Below the pieces are notes generated by a model that was not told the origin of the DNA, did not search any database, and worked only from the letters and a program-made list of their open reading frames with translations. DNA of 38,002 nt, taken from positions 1-38,002 of the IMG/VR virus record IMGVR_UViG_3300045912_000596; one strand, written 5' to 3'. A program made the position numbers and the translations under genes. The stretch's first letter is position 1. Every line of letters begins with the position of its first letter. Source of the DNA: a virus (lineage: Duplodnaviria > Caudoviricetes). Of this stretch, positions 24,500-32,136 are shown piece by piece.

Positions 24500-26613
24500 T
24501 GAGCGAGACGACCGAGCCGGGCGGGGGCGACCCCGCGCCGGATGCCCCTGCCATGCCGATCGTGGCGCAGCGCGCGCTGGCGGCGCCGGCCACCGTCGAT
24601 CGTGCCGCGCGCACCGTCGAGGTGGTGTGGTCGACCGGTGCCCGCGCCCGCAACTTCGTCCCCGCCCTCGGCCTCATCACCGAGGAGCTGGAGATGTCGC
24701 CGAACGCGGTGCGCATGGACGCGCTGCGCTCGGGTCAGGCCCCGGTGCTGAACACCCACCGCCGCGGCGATGCCCGCGACGTGCTCGGGCGCGTCACCGC
24801 CGCCCGCCTCGAGCGCGGGCGCGGCTATGCCACCCTGCAATTCAGCACCGCCGGCGACGTCGAGCCGGTCTGGCAGCGCATCGCCGACGGCACGCTCCGC
24901 GCGGTGAGCGTCGGCTATCGCGTGCACCGCTACGAGCCGCGGCCGGACGCCGCCACCGGCCAGACCATCCACCGCGCGGTGGATTGGGAGCCTTTTGAGA
25001 TCTCCGTCGTGCCGGTCCCGGTGGATCGCGATGCGGCGGTCCGCGCGCAGGGGGAGCAGGGCCTCCCCGCGCCGGCGATCGAACCCGCCCTGCCTGACGA
25101 GGAACCCACCATGCCCGAGACGACGCCGGCTGAGCCGGCTGCCCCGCCTGCGGCGCCGCCCTCCACCGCGCCGTCCACCCCGTCCCAGGAGACCACCGTG
25201 ACCACCACGCCCAGCCCTGCGCCGACCGCGCCGCCCGAGCCCATCCGCGGCGCGCCCGCACCGGCCGCCCCGCCGATCGACCTCGACGCGATCCGCGCCG
25301 AGGCCGAGCGCGCCGTCGCCGAGCGCATTGCCAGCTACGAGCCGGTGCTCGCCGCTGCGCGCGGCCTGCTCCCCGCCGACACCATCGACGCGCTGCGCCA
25401 GGCCGCCATGCGCGACCGCGCGAGCCCCGAGGTGCTGCGCGCCCGCCTGTGGGAGGCCTTCACCCAGGCGCAGACGGCCCGCCCCACGCTCCCGGCCCGC
25501 CCGGAGAGCGGCCCCGGCCACGATGACCCGGCGCAGCTGCTCGACGCCATGGCCGAGGCGCTCGCTGCCCGCTCGATGCCGGGCTACCAGCCGCCCAGCA
25601 CCGGCCCCAGCGCTGGCCGCCACGCCGAGTTCATGGGCTGGCGCCCCTCCGACATGCTGCGCGAGCTCCTCGCCCGCCGCGGCGATCGCAACCCGCCGCG
25701 CAATCCGACCCTCCTCGCCGAGCGCGCCTTCCACACCACGAGCGACTTCCCGCTGCTGCTCTCGGCGGCGGCCAACAAGATGCTGCTCGCCGCCTACCAG
25801 CCGGCGCAGCCGACCTACCGGCAGATCTTCCTCCGCCGCGATTTCCGGGACTTCAAGCCGCACCGGCACCTGCGCATCGGCGACTTCCCGACGCTCCTGC
25901 CGCTGCTGGAGAATGGCGAGATCCAGGTCGGCACCATGTCCGAGAGCCAGGAGATCGTCGTCCTGCAGACCTTCGCGCGGCGTATCCGCGTCACGCGACC
26001 GATGCTGGTCAACGATGACCTCGGCGCCTTCACCGACTTCGCCGCGGCGATCGGCCGCCGCGTCGCCGAGTTCGAGAACGCGACGGCCTACCAGCTGCTG
26101 AACAGCGGAAATGGCGATGGCCCGACGCTCACCACCGGCAATGCCACGGTCTTCGGCACCGGCGCGACGCGCGCCAACAAGGCCGGCGCGGGCTCGGCGC
26201 TGGATCTCGGTGGCCTCGCCACGGGCCGCGCCGCCATCATGCGCCAGAGGACCCTCGACGGGCTGCCCATCTCCATCGGCAGCACGATGCGCCTGCTGGT
26301 AGGCCCGAACCAGGAACTCGCCGCGCGGCAGCTCACCGTCAGCGTCGCTGCGACGCAGACCAGCAACGCGAATGTCTTCGCGGGCTTCGTGCAGCCGCTG
26401 GTCGAGCCGCTGATCGGGGCGAACCGCTGGTACCTCTTCTCCGACCCGCTCTCGGCGCCGGTCTATGTCTACGGCTACCTCAACGGTGCGGAGGGACCGC
26501 AGGTCAGCACCGGCCCGGTCCAGGGTGCGGACGGCGTCGAGGTCAGCGTGATCTTCGACTTCGGCGTCGGCGCCATCGACTGGCGCGGCGCCTGGTTCAA
26601 CCCGGGCACCTGA
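24499..26613 (+). CDS. Fused prohead protease / scaffold / major capsid protein
   Basis: Protease part RTVEVVWSTG, VLNTH, VSVGY, WEPFEISVVPVP; Pro/Ala/Thr-rich linker; capsid part HTTSDFPLLL, NDDLGAF, DFGVGAIDWRG. Confidence 0.92.
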   Translation: MSETTEPGGGDPAPDAPAMPIVAQRALAAPATVDRAARTVEVVWSTGARARNFVPALGLITEELEMSPNAVRMDALRSGQAPVLNTHRRGDARDVLGRVTAARLERGRGYATLQFSTAGDVEPVWQRIADGTLRAVSVGYRVHRYEPRPDAATGQTIHRAVDWEPFEISVVPVPVDRDAAVRAQGEQGLPAPAIEPALPDEEPTMPETTPAEPAAPPAAPPSTAPSTPSQETTVTTTPSPAPTAPPEPIRGAPAPAAPPIDLDAIRAEAERAVAERIASYEPVLAAARGLLPADTIDALRQAAMRDRASPEVLRARLWEAFTQAQTARPTLPARPESGPGHDDPAQLLDAMAEALAARSMPGYQPPSTGPSAGRHAEFMGWRPSDMLRELLARRGDRNPPRNPTLLAERAFHTTSDFPLLLSAAANKMLLAAYQPAQPTYRQIFLRRDFRDFKPHRHLRIGDFPTLLPLLENGEIQVGTMSESQEIVVLQTFARRIRVTRPMLVNDDLGAFTDFAAAIGRRVAEFENATAYQLLNSGNGDGPTLTTGNATVFGTGATRANKAGAGSALDLGGLATGRAAIMRQRTLDGLPISIGSTMRLLVGPNQELAARQLTVSVAATQTSNANVFAGFVQPLVEPLIGANRWYLFSDPLSAPVYVYGYLNGAEGPQVSTGPVQGADGVEVSVIFDFGVGAIDWRGAWFNPGT

Positions 26614-26640
26614 TCCCTCCCACCCTCACCGCAGCTTCGT

Positions 26641-26666
26641 CGAAGGCGCCCCCACGGGCGCCTTCG
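26641..26666 (+). terminator. Hairpin after the capsid gene (weak terminator or mRNA stabiliser)
   Basis: CGAAGGCGCCC-CCAC-GGGCGCCTTCG followed by GCGTTTC. Confidence 0.55.
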
Positions 26667-26686
26667 GCGTTTCAGGAGACCTCTCC

Positions 26687-27037
26687 ATGCGCAACTGCAT
26701 CCGTCCCGACGCGCGCTCCATCCCCATGCTCGTCCCCTATGCCGGCGGCATCCTCTCCGGCCAGGGCATGCTGCTCGGCGCCTTCTTCGGCGTGGCCGCG
26801 GCCGACGCCGCGCAGAACAGCACCGTCGAGTGCGAGACGCGCGGCGAGTTCGAGCTCGCCAAGGATCCGACCCAGGCCATGGCGGCCGGCACGCGGGTCT
26901 TCTGGGACAACACGAACCGCCGCTTGACCACCACCGCGACGGGCAACTTCCAGGTCGGCGTCGTCACCGTCGCCGCCCTCGCGGCCGACACCACGGTGCG
27001 CGTCATGCTGGCCCGCGTGCCGGCCTCGGGGGCGTGA
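26687..27037 (+). CDS. Capsid cement protein (DUF2190 family)
   Basis: FFGVAAADAA...TRGEFELAK...GTRVFWDNT...VGV...TVRVML; follows the capsid gene. Confidence 0.82.
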   Translation: MRNCIRPDARSIPMLVPYAGGILSGQGMLLGAFFGVAAADAAQNSTVECETRGEFELAKDPTQAMAAGTRVFWDNTNRRLTTTATGNFQVGVVTVAALAADTTVRVMLARVPASGA

Positions 27038-27039
27038 CC

Positions 27040-27690
27040 ATGGATCCCAAGGCCAGCCGGGGCTACCGCAACCGCAACCCCGGCAACATCGAGCACCTCG
27101 CCACGAACAAGTGGCTCGGCCTCGAGACGCCGCCGTCGGACGGGCGGTTCTGCCGCTTCCGCTCGCACCAGCACGGCATCCGCGCGCTGGCCCTGCTGCT
27201 GCAGAGCTACCAGGACCGGCATGGGCTGCGCACGGTCCGCGGCATCGTCGCGCGCTGGGCGCCGAGCAGCGAGAACGACACCCGGGCCTACCAGGCGGCG
27301 GTCGCCGCGCGGCTTGGCGTCGGGCTCGACGACCTGATCGACCTGCACGACGCGGCCACGATGCGCGGCCTGGTCGAGGCGATCATCCGGCACGAGCTCG
27401 GCGGTATGCCCTACGCGTCGGAGACGATCGCGGAGGGCCTGCGCATGGCGGGGCTGGTCCAGCCCGGCCTCGCCCACAGCGGCACCGTCCGCGCCGCGGC
27501 GGGCTCGGTGGTCGCCGGCGTCACGGCGGCGGCGGTGGTCGATGCCGTCACCACGCTGGCGCCGCATGCCGAGGGCCTGGCCGCCGTGCTGCGCGCGCTC
27601 GGCCCCTGGGGCGTCGCCGCCGCGGTGATCGGCGTCGCGGCCTGGACCGTCCACCAGCGGCTGCAGCGGCAGCGGGAGGTCACCCGATGA
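27040..27690 (+). CDS. Lysozyme-like endolysin candidate with C-terminal membrane helices
   Basis: RGYRNRNPGNI...F...GIRAL...TVRGIVARWAPSSENDTRAY; two hydrophobic C-terminal segments. Confidence 0.72.
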   Translation: MDPKASRGYRNRNPGNIEHLATNKWLGLETPPSDGRFCRFRSHQHGIRALALLLQSYQDRHGLRTVRGIVARWAPSSENDTRAYQAAVAARLGVGLDDLIDLHDAATMRGLVEAIIRHELGGMPYASETIAEGLRMAGLVQPGLAHSGTVRAAAGSVVAGVTAAAVVDAVTTLAPHAEGLAAVLRALGPWGVAAAVIGVAAWTVHQRLQRQREVTR

Positions 27691-27962
27691 CGGACCACGA
27701 CCGCGAACTCGGCACCATCGTCACGCGCCTGACTGAGATCGAGCGCCGCCTGGCCGAGGGCGACAAGGACATGCGGGAACTCACCCGCACCGTGACGGAG
27801 CTGGTCAAGGCGATGGCGGGCCTCACGGCGCGGCTGTCGCTGGCTGCGGGCGGGGTGCCGGGTGCGTCGCCTGCGATCCCGGCCACGGGGGCCGCGGCGG
27901 CCGGCGGCATCGTCGGCGCAGCAGTCGGCGCGAAGCTCGCCTCCTGGCTCGGGCTCGGCTGA
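27687..27962 (+). CDS. Holin-like protein (coiled coil plus C-terminal hydrophobic helix)
   Basis: MTDHDRELGTIVTRLTEIERRL...AAAAGGIVGAAVGAKLASWLGLG; ATGA-coupled to the lysin candidate. Confidence 0.55.
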   Translation: MTDHDRELGTIVTRLTEIERRLAEGDKDMRELTRTVTELVKAMAGLTARLSLAAGGVPGASPAIPATGAAAAGGIVGAAVGAKLASWLGLG

Positions 27963-27968
27963 TCCGCC

Positions 27969-28277
27969 ATGGTCGTGTTCGACGACGCGCTGGCCGTGCT
28001 CGCCGCCGACCCGAACCTCGGGGTGGAGGCAGCCTACCGGGCAGCGGGCACGGGTGCGCCCTTGTCGCTCCGCATCCTGCGCTCCAGCCCCGATCGGGTG
28101 GTGGACGCCTTCGACACGCCGGTGCTGCGCGCGACCGACGTCCTGACGGTGGCCATCGCGCAGCTGCCAGCCATCGAGCCGGGCGATACCTTCGCCATCG
28201 GCCCGGACCTGCTGACGGTGGACAGTGCGGAGCGGGACGCCGCGGGCGTCGCCTGGCGCGTGCTCTGTCGGCGATAG
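27969..28277 (+). CDS. Head-tail joining protein (gpFII-like)
   Basis: Position, size and beta-rich sequence with IEPGDTFAIG...W motif. Confidence 0.7.
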   Translation: MVVFDDALAVLAADPNLGVEAAYRAAGTGAPLSLRILRSSPDRVVDAFDTPVLRATDVLTVAIAQLPAIEPGDTFAIGPDLLTVDSAERDAAGVAWRVLCRR

Positions 28278-28280
28278 GCC

Positions 28281-29003
28281 GTGCGCCTCTCCGCCATCGT
28301 CGGTGACCTCCGCAAGGCGCTCGTGGAGGAGGTCCGCGCCGGCGAGCGCGCCGCCTCCCGCGCCGTGCGCGCCGAGACCGACGCGCTCAAGGGCGAACTG
28401 CGCCAGCAGGTCACCGGCTCGCTCGGCGGCAAGGCGCGCGGGATCGCCAACGCCTGGCGCTCGCAGGTCTTCCCGCGCACCGGCGTGTCGATGCGCGCCG
28501 CCGGCCTGGTCTGGAGCAAGACCCCGCTGGTGATCGACGCCTTCGAGCGCGGGGCGCTGATCCGGCCGAAGGGCGGCGGGCGGTTCCTCGCGATCGCCAC
28601 CGGCTTCAACGCAGCCCGCGGCTGGCGCGGCCGAGGTGACAAGGGGCTGCGCGTCACGCCGGCCCAGATGGTCGCCTCCGGCCACGGCTTCCTCCGGCCG
28701 TTCCGCTCGGGGCGGGGCTTCGTCTGGTGCCTGCCGCTGCGCCAGGGCGCGGCGACGGGGCGAAGGCGGCGCACGCGGCTGATCGCCGGCGGCGTGGCCG
28801 AGGTCGGCACCGCCAACCGCAAGGGCCGCGAGGCCTGGGCCCGCGGCCTGCTCGAACAGGGGATGGTGCCGATGTTCCTGCTGCTGCCGCAGGTGAAGCT
28901 CGCCAAGCGGCTCGACGTGCGCGGCGCCTCCCTGCGCGCCCTCCGGCGCCTGCCGCGGCGGTTTGTGGCGGCCTGGGAAACCGAAGCGGGGAGGTCCGGG
29001 TGA
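28281..29003 (+). CDS. Basic neck/tail-completion protein (DUF6441/gpZ-like)
   Basis: Arg-rich; WSKTPLVIDAFERGALIRPKGGGRFLAI; VPMFLLLPQVKLAKRLD. Confidence 0.7.
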   Translation: MRLSAIVGDLRKALVEEVRAGERAASRAVRAETDALKGELRQQVTGSLGGKARGIANAWRSQVFPRTGVSMRAAGLVWSKTPLVIDAFERGALIRPKGGGRFLAIATGFNAARGWRGRGDKGLRVTPAQMVASGHGFLRPFRSGRGFVWCLPLRQGAATGRRRRTRLIAGGVAEVGTANRKGREAWARGLLEQGMVPMFLLLPQVKLAKRLDVRGASLRALRRLPRRFVAAWETEAGRSG

Positions 29004-29428
29004 GTGTCCGCGAGACAGCCCTGGCCGCCCTGTACACCCGCCTGGGCGCCGCACTGGCCGCGCGGAGCCCCGCCCCAAAGGTGCTCCGCAACGAGACCGT
29101 GCCGCAGAAGCTGCCCGCCGGCGGCCTCGTGGTGGTGCGCGACGGCGAGGCGGTGGAGGAGACTCCAATCCTCTCGCCGCTCGCCTGGGCGGTCGAGCAC
29201 CGCGCCGAGGTCGAGGTCGTCGCCGCCACCGGCGCCCTGCTTGACGAGCTGCTGGTCGACATCACCGCGGCGATCACCGGCGACCGCGCCCTCGGCGGGG
29301 CGGTCGAGTGGGCGCAGCCCGGCGCGCCTTCCTTCGACGATGCCGAGACCGAGGGCGCCGCCGCGGCTCGCGCCGCCTCCGTCCCCGTCACGCTGTCCTT
29401 CACCGTCGCCGGCTCGCCGCTGGCCTGA
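29000..29428 (+). CDS. Tail terminator-like protein (gpU-like)
   Basis: MSVRETALAAL...DRALGGAVEW; immediately before the tail tube gene. Confidence 0.72.
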   Translation: MSVRETALAALYTRLGAALAARSPAPKVLRNETVPQKLPAGGLVVVRDGEAVEETPILSPLAWAVEHRAEVEVVAATGALLDELLVDITAAITGDRALGGAVEWAQPGAPSFDDAETEGAAAARAASVPVTLSFTVAGSPLA

Positions 29429-29449
29429 TCCCGCTCCCGGAGACGCCCC

Positions 29450-30406
29450 ATGCCCCGTGCCATCGGCGCGAACTCGCGCCTGCTCATGATCCCCGAGGTG
29501 ACCTACGGCACCGCGCCGGGCGGCAACTGGCGGCGCGTGCCCTTTCTCTCGTGCAACCTCGGCGCTGAGCAGCCGCTGCTGGATGCGGACGTCATCGGCC
29601 TCGGCGGCAATCGCGATCCCGCCGCGCCGTTCTTCGACACCGTCACCGTCGAGGGCGACGTGGTCGTGCCGGTGGACCTCGTCAATATCGGCCATTGGCT
29701 GCGGCTGCTGCTCGGCGCGCCGACCACCACCGGGACCAACCCGAACTTCACCCACACCTTCGGCTCGGGCGCGGCGACGCTGCCTTCGCAGGCGATCGAG
29801 ATCGGCTACCCCGACGTGCCGAGCTACGACGTCTGCGCGGGCGTCCGCGCCGACGCGCTGGAGATCGACTTCAGCCCGACCGGACCGGCGACGGCCACCA
29901 TCAAGCTGGTCGCCCAGGGCTCGACGCGCTCGGGCTCGTCCTCGGGTGGCACACCGGTCTCGGCCGCCTACACCGCGTTCAACAAGGCGCAGGGCTCCAT
30001 CTCCCGCGCTGGCTCTGCGCTGGCGCAGGTCACCGGTGCGCGGCTCGCCTACTCGAACAGCGTCGAGGCAGTGCGCACGATCCGCGCCGACCGCAAGATC
30101 GAGGGCGCGGACCCCGGCATCGCTCGCGCCACCGGCCAGATCACCGCGCGCTTCGCGGACACCACGCTGCTGACGCAGGCGCAGAACGGCACGGCGGCGG
30201 AGTTCGCCTTCGCGTTCACCATCGACGCGAACCGCAGCCTCATCTTCACGCTGCACGAGGTCTACCTGGCGCTCGCCAAGACGCCGATCGAAGGGCCCGC
30301 GGGCGTCGAGGCGAGCTTCGAGTTCCGCGCTGCCTTCAACGCGACGGCGACACGCATGCTGACGGCGGTGCTGAAGAACCAGCAGGCGGGGACGGAGTAT
30401 GCGTAA
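29450..30406 (+). CDS. Major tail tube protein
   Basis: EVTYGTAP...FLSCNLGAEQPLL..GNRDP...FTHTF...PIEGPAGVEASFEFRAA; no sheath gene present. Confidence 0.88.
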   Translation: MPRAIGANSRLLMIPEVTYGTAPGGNWRRVPFLSCNLGAEQPLLDADVIGLGGNRDPAAPFFDTVTVEGDVVVPVDLVNIGHWLRLLLGAPTTTGTNPNFTHTFGSGAATLPSQAIEIGYPDVPSYDVCAGVRADALEIDFSPTGPATATIKLVAQGSTRSGSSSGGTPVSAAYTAFNKAQGSISRAGSALAQVTGARLAYSNSVEAVRTIRADRKIEGADPGIARATGQITARFADTTLLTQAQNGTAAEFAFAFTIDANRSLIFTLHEVYLALAKTPIEGPAGVEASFEFRAAFNATATRMLTAVLKNQQAGTEYA

Positions 30407-30584
30407 GGCCCACATTCTGTCGTCTCGCCGGCTTCGAAGCGAGAGCGCACGAATTGGGGGCGCCTGCGCGCGTTCGCAGTCGAGGGCGAAGAACTACAGC
30501 GGCGTGCAGAACGTGCCCGATGCACGCGGGCCAACGGCGATGCCAGGCGTCCTAGCGACGTCGCCAGAAGCCACTTAGACGCTG

Positions 30585-31166
30585 CTAAATGCTCGGTGAC
30601 CTGTGAGCCGGTGTGCCGCTCGCAGCCACGACTGGGGGTGTGGGCTGGCGCCCAGCCTGATAGAGCTTGTAGGCGGCGGCGCCTGAGAGCTGCTTGCTGG
30701 CGATGAGTGCTTGGGCAATCGCCTCTATCGCGGTCCACTGTTGATCGACGAGCCGGCGAGCGTCGGAGTCCGCTTCCCCCATCCAGGTTCGACGGTCCGC
30801 CTGGGTAGTCTCCCCAACCACCCGCATGAACGATTCAGCGGCCATCTTCATGTCGAGGGCTACACCTTCATTGGCAGCCCCGCCATTCCCCGTCTTCCGG
30901 TACTCCGCGGCCCCGCCAGCGAAGTCTACGATCAGTTTTGGCTTCAGCGCACAGAAGCGAGCGCGCGCATTAGGATGCGCTCTCGCGCGGGTCTCCAGGT
31001 CGCCAGGCACCCACGGCGTCGTCGCTCCGCCGTCAGGGTCACAGATGCTTATCGGCGTGGAGTCCGACAGGGCGAACCCACCAACGAAGGCGGCTACGAC
31101 GTGTCCGGCCTCGTGATATGCGCTCGCAACCACGTCGCAGGGTGGGGCTGATCCCGGCGCTACCAT
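30585..31166 (-). CDS. Stand-alone FtsH-type (peptidase M41-like) zinc metalloprotease domain; moron
   Basis: AYHEAGH, AGGAAE, GVALDMKMA (third ligand Asp), ARRLVDQQWTAIEAIAQALIASKQLSG; lower GC, antisense. Alternative start 31229. Confidence 0.75.
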   Translation of the reverse strand: MVAPGSAPPCDVVASAYHEAGHVVAAFVGGFALSDSTPISICDPDGGATTPWVPGDLETRARAHPNARARFCALKPKLIVDFAGGAAEYRKTGNGGAANEGVALDMKMAAESFMRVVGETTQADRRTWMGEADSDARRLVDQQWTAIEAIAQALIASKQLSGAAAYKLYQAGRQPTPPVVAASGTPAHRSPSI

Positions 31167-31221
31167 GTCAGTGGAACACAGAGATTCCAGGTTGTCGGAT
31201 TGCGTTGCTGTCAGCGCCGAG

Positions 31222-31252
31222 GGTCTCATTCCACACGGAGTGGAAAGAGACC
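31222..31252. promoter_or_regulatory. 13-bp inverted repeat upstream of the protease moron
   Basis: GGTCTCATTCCAC-ACGGA-GTGGAAAGAGACC (one mismatch). Confidence 0.5.
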
Positions 31253-31443
31253 GTCATCGGCCTACTTGAAAGCGCGCTAATCACCCTGACGCACATTCTG
31301 ACATCGGAACACATCTGGAGCTCGCTGAGAAGGGATAGGGCGAGCGGCCAGCAGGACGGCAATCGTCAACTAGCCAGGGCAGCAGGGCCGGTATCTGCTG
31401 TGACGCGCCAAGCCGCATTAAGCCCCAAACCATGGAGTCGCGC

Positions 31444-31821
31444 ATGCTCACCCTCGACCTTCCGGTCGAGCCGTACTGGCTTGACCTCCCGCGCGGCGTC
31501 CGTGTCGAGATCCGCCCGGTGACGACGGCGGTTATGGCCGCCGCCCAGGCCGCAGCAGCACGTCGGCTGGCCGCGATCCGCATCGCCGACCCGGACCTCG
31601 ACCCCGACATGTCGCGCGGTCTCTCCTTCGCCTTTCTGGTCAAGGCGCTCGCCCGCCACGCGGTCACCGCCTGGGAGGGCGTGGGCGACGCCGCCGGCAA
31701 GCCGCTGCCGCTCTCGCCCGAGGCGGTTGAGCGCTTGATGGACCTCGATGACATCGCCGCGGCGTTCTGGGACCGCGCGACGACGCCGGTCGTCGCGGTG
31801 GCCACCGAGGGAAACGGCTGA
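31444..31821 (+). CDS. Tail assembly chaperone (gpG-like)
   Basis: GGAG RBS; WEGVGDAAGKPLPLSPEAV; between tail tube and tape measure; ends at a slippery site. Confidence 0.85.
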   Translation: MLTLDLPVEPYWLDLPRGVRVEIRPVTTAVMAAAQAAAARRLAAIRIADPDLDPDMSRGLSFAFLVKALARHAVTAWEGVGDAAGKPLPLSPEAVERLMDLDDIAAAFWDRATTPVVAVATEGNG

Positions 31822-32135
31822 GGGCCCGCGCCGCCTGGCACTTCGGCCGCGGGCCCGAGTACTGCCGCGGCTGCGCCGCCCTCGGACGCGACTGCGCCGA
31901 CGCCTGTCCCTACGCAGCGCACGCCCCCGCCAGCGTCCAGGGGCACGCCTGCTGGGCCGCCGGCACCGCATGCGCGGAGGTCACCATGGCCGGCCTGACT
32001 CTCGACACCGCCGGCGCGCTCGCCGCGGCGCGCGACCTCGGTGCGGCGGGATGGGCCGCCGCCGAACTGCTGCTCGCCATCCGCATCGGCATGGCCGAGG
32101 GCAGCGCCGCCCGCCGCGAGGGGGAGACGAGCTGA
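31809..32135 (+). CDS. -1 frameshift extension of the tail chaperone (gpGT-like)
   Basis: In-phase G GGA AAC at 31809-31815; the -1 frame reads KRLRARAAWHFGRGPEYCRGC...GETS* to TGA 32135, ending just before the TMP ATG. Confidence 0.85.
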   Translation, partial: GKRLRARAAWHFGRGPEYCRGCAALGRDCADACPYAAHAPASVQGHACWAAGTACAEVTMAGLTLDTAGALAAARDLGAAGWAAAELLLAIRIGMAEGSAARREGETS

Positions 32136-32136
32136 C

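Noticed and set aside
30404-30600. Stop-codon readthrough extension of the tail tube protein
   Set aside because: The frame stays open after TAA, but TAA is a poor readthrough codon and the sequence belongs to the lower-GC insert and is not domain-like.
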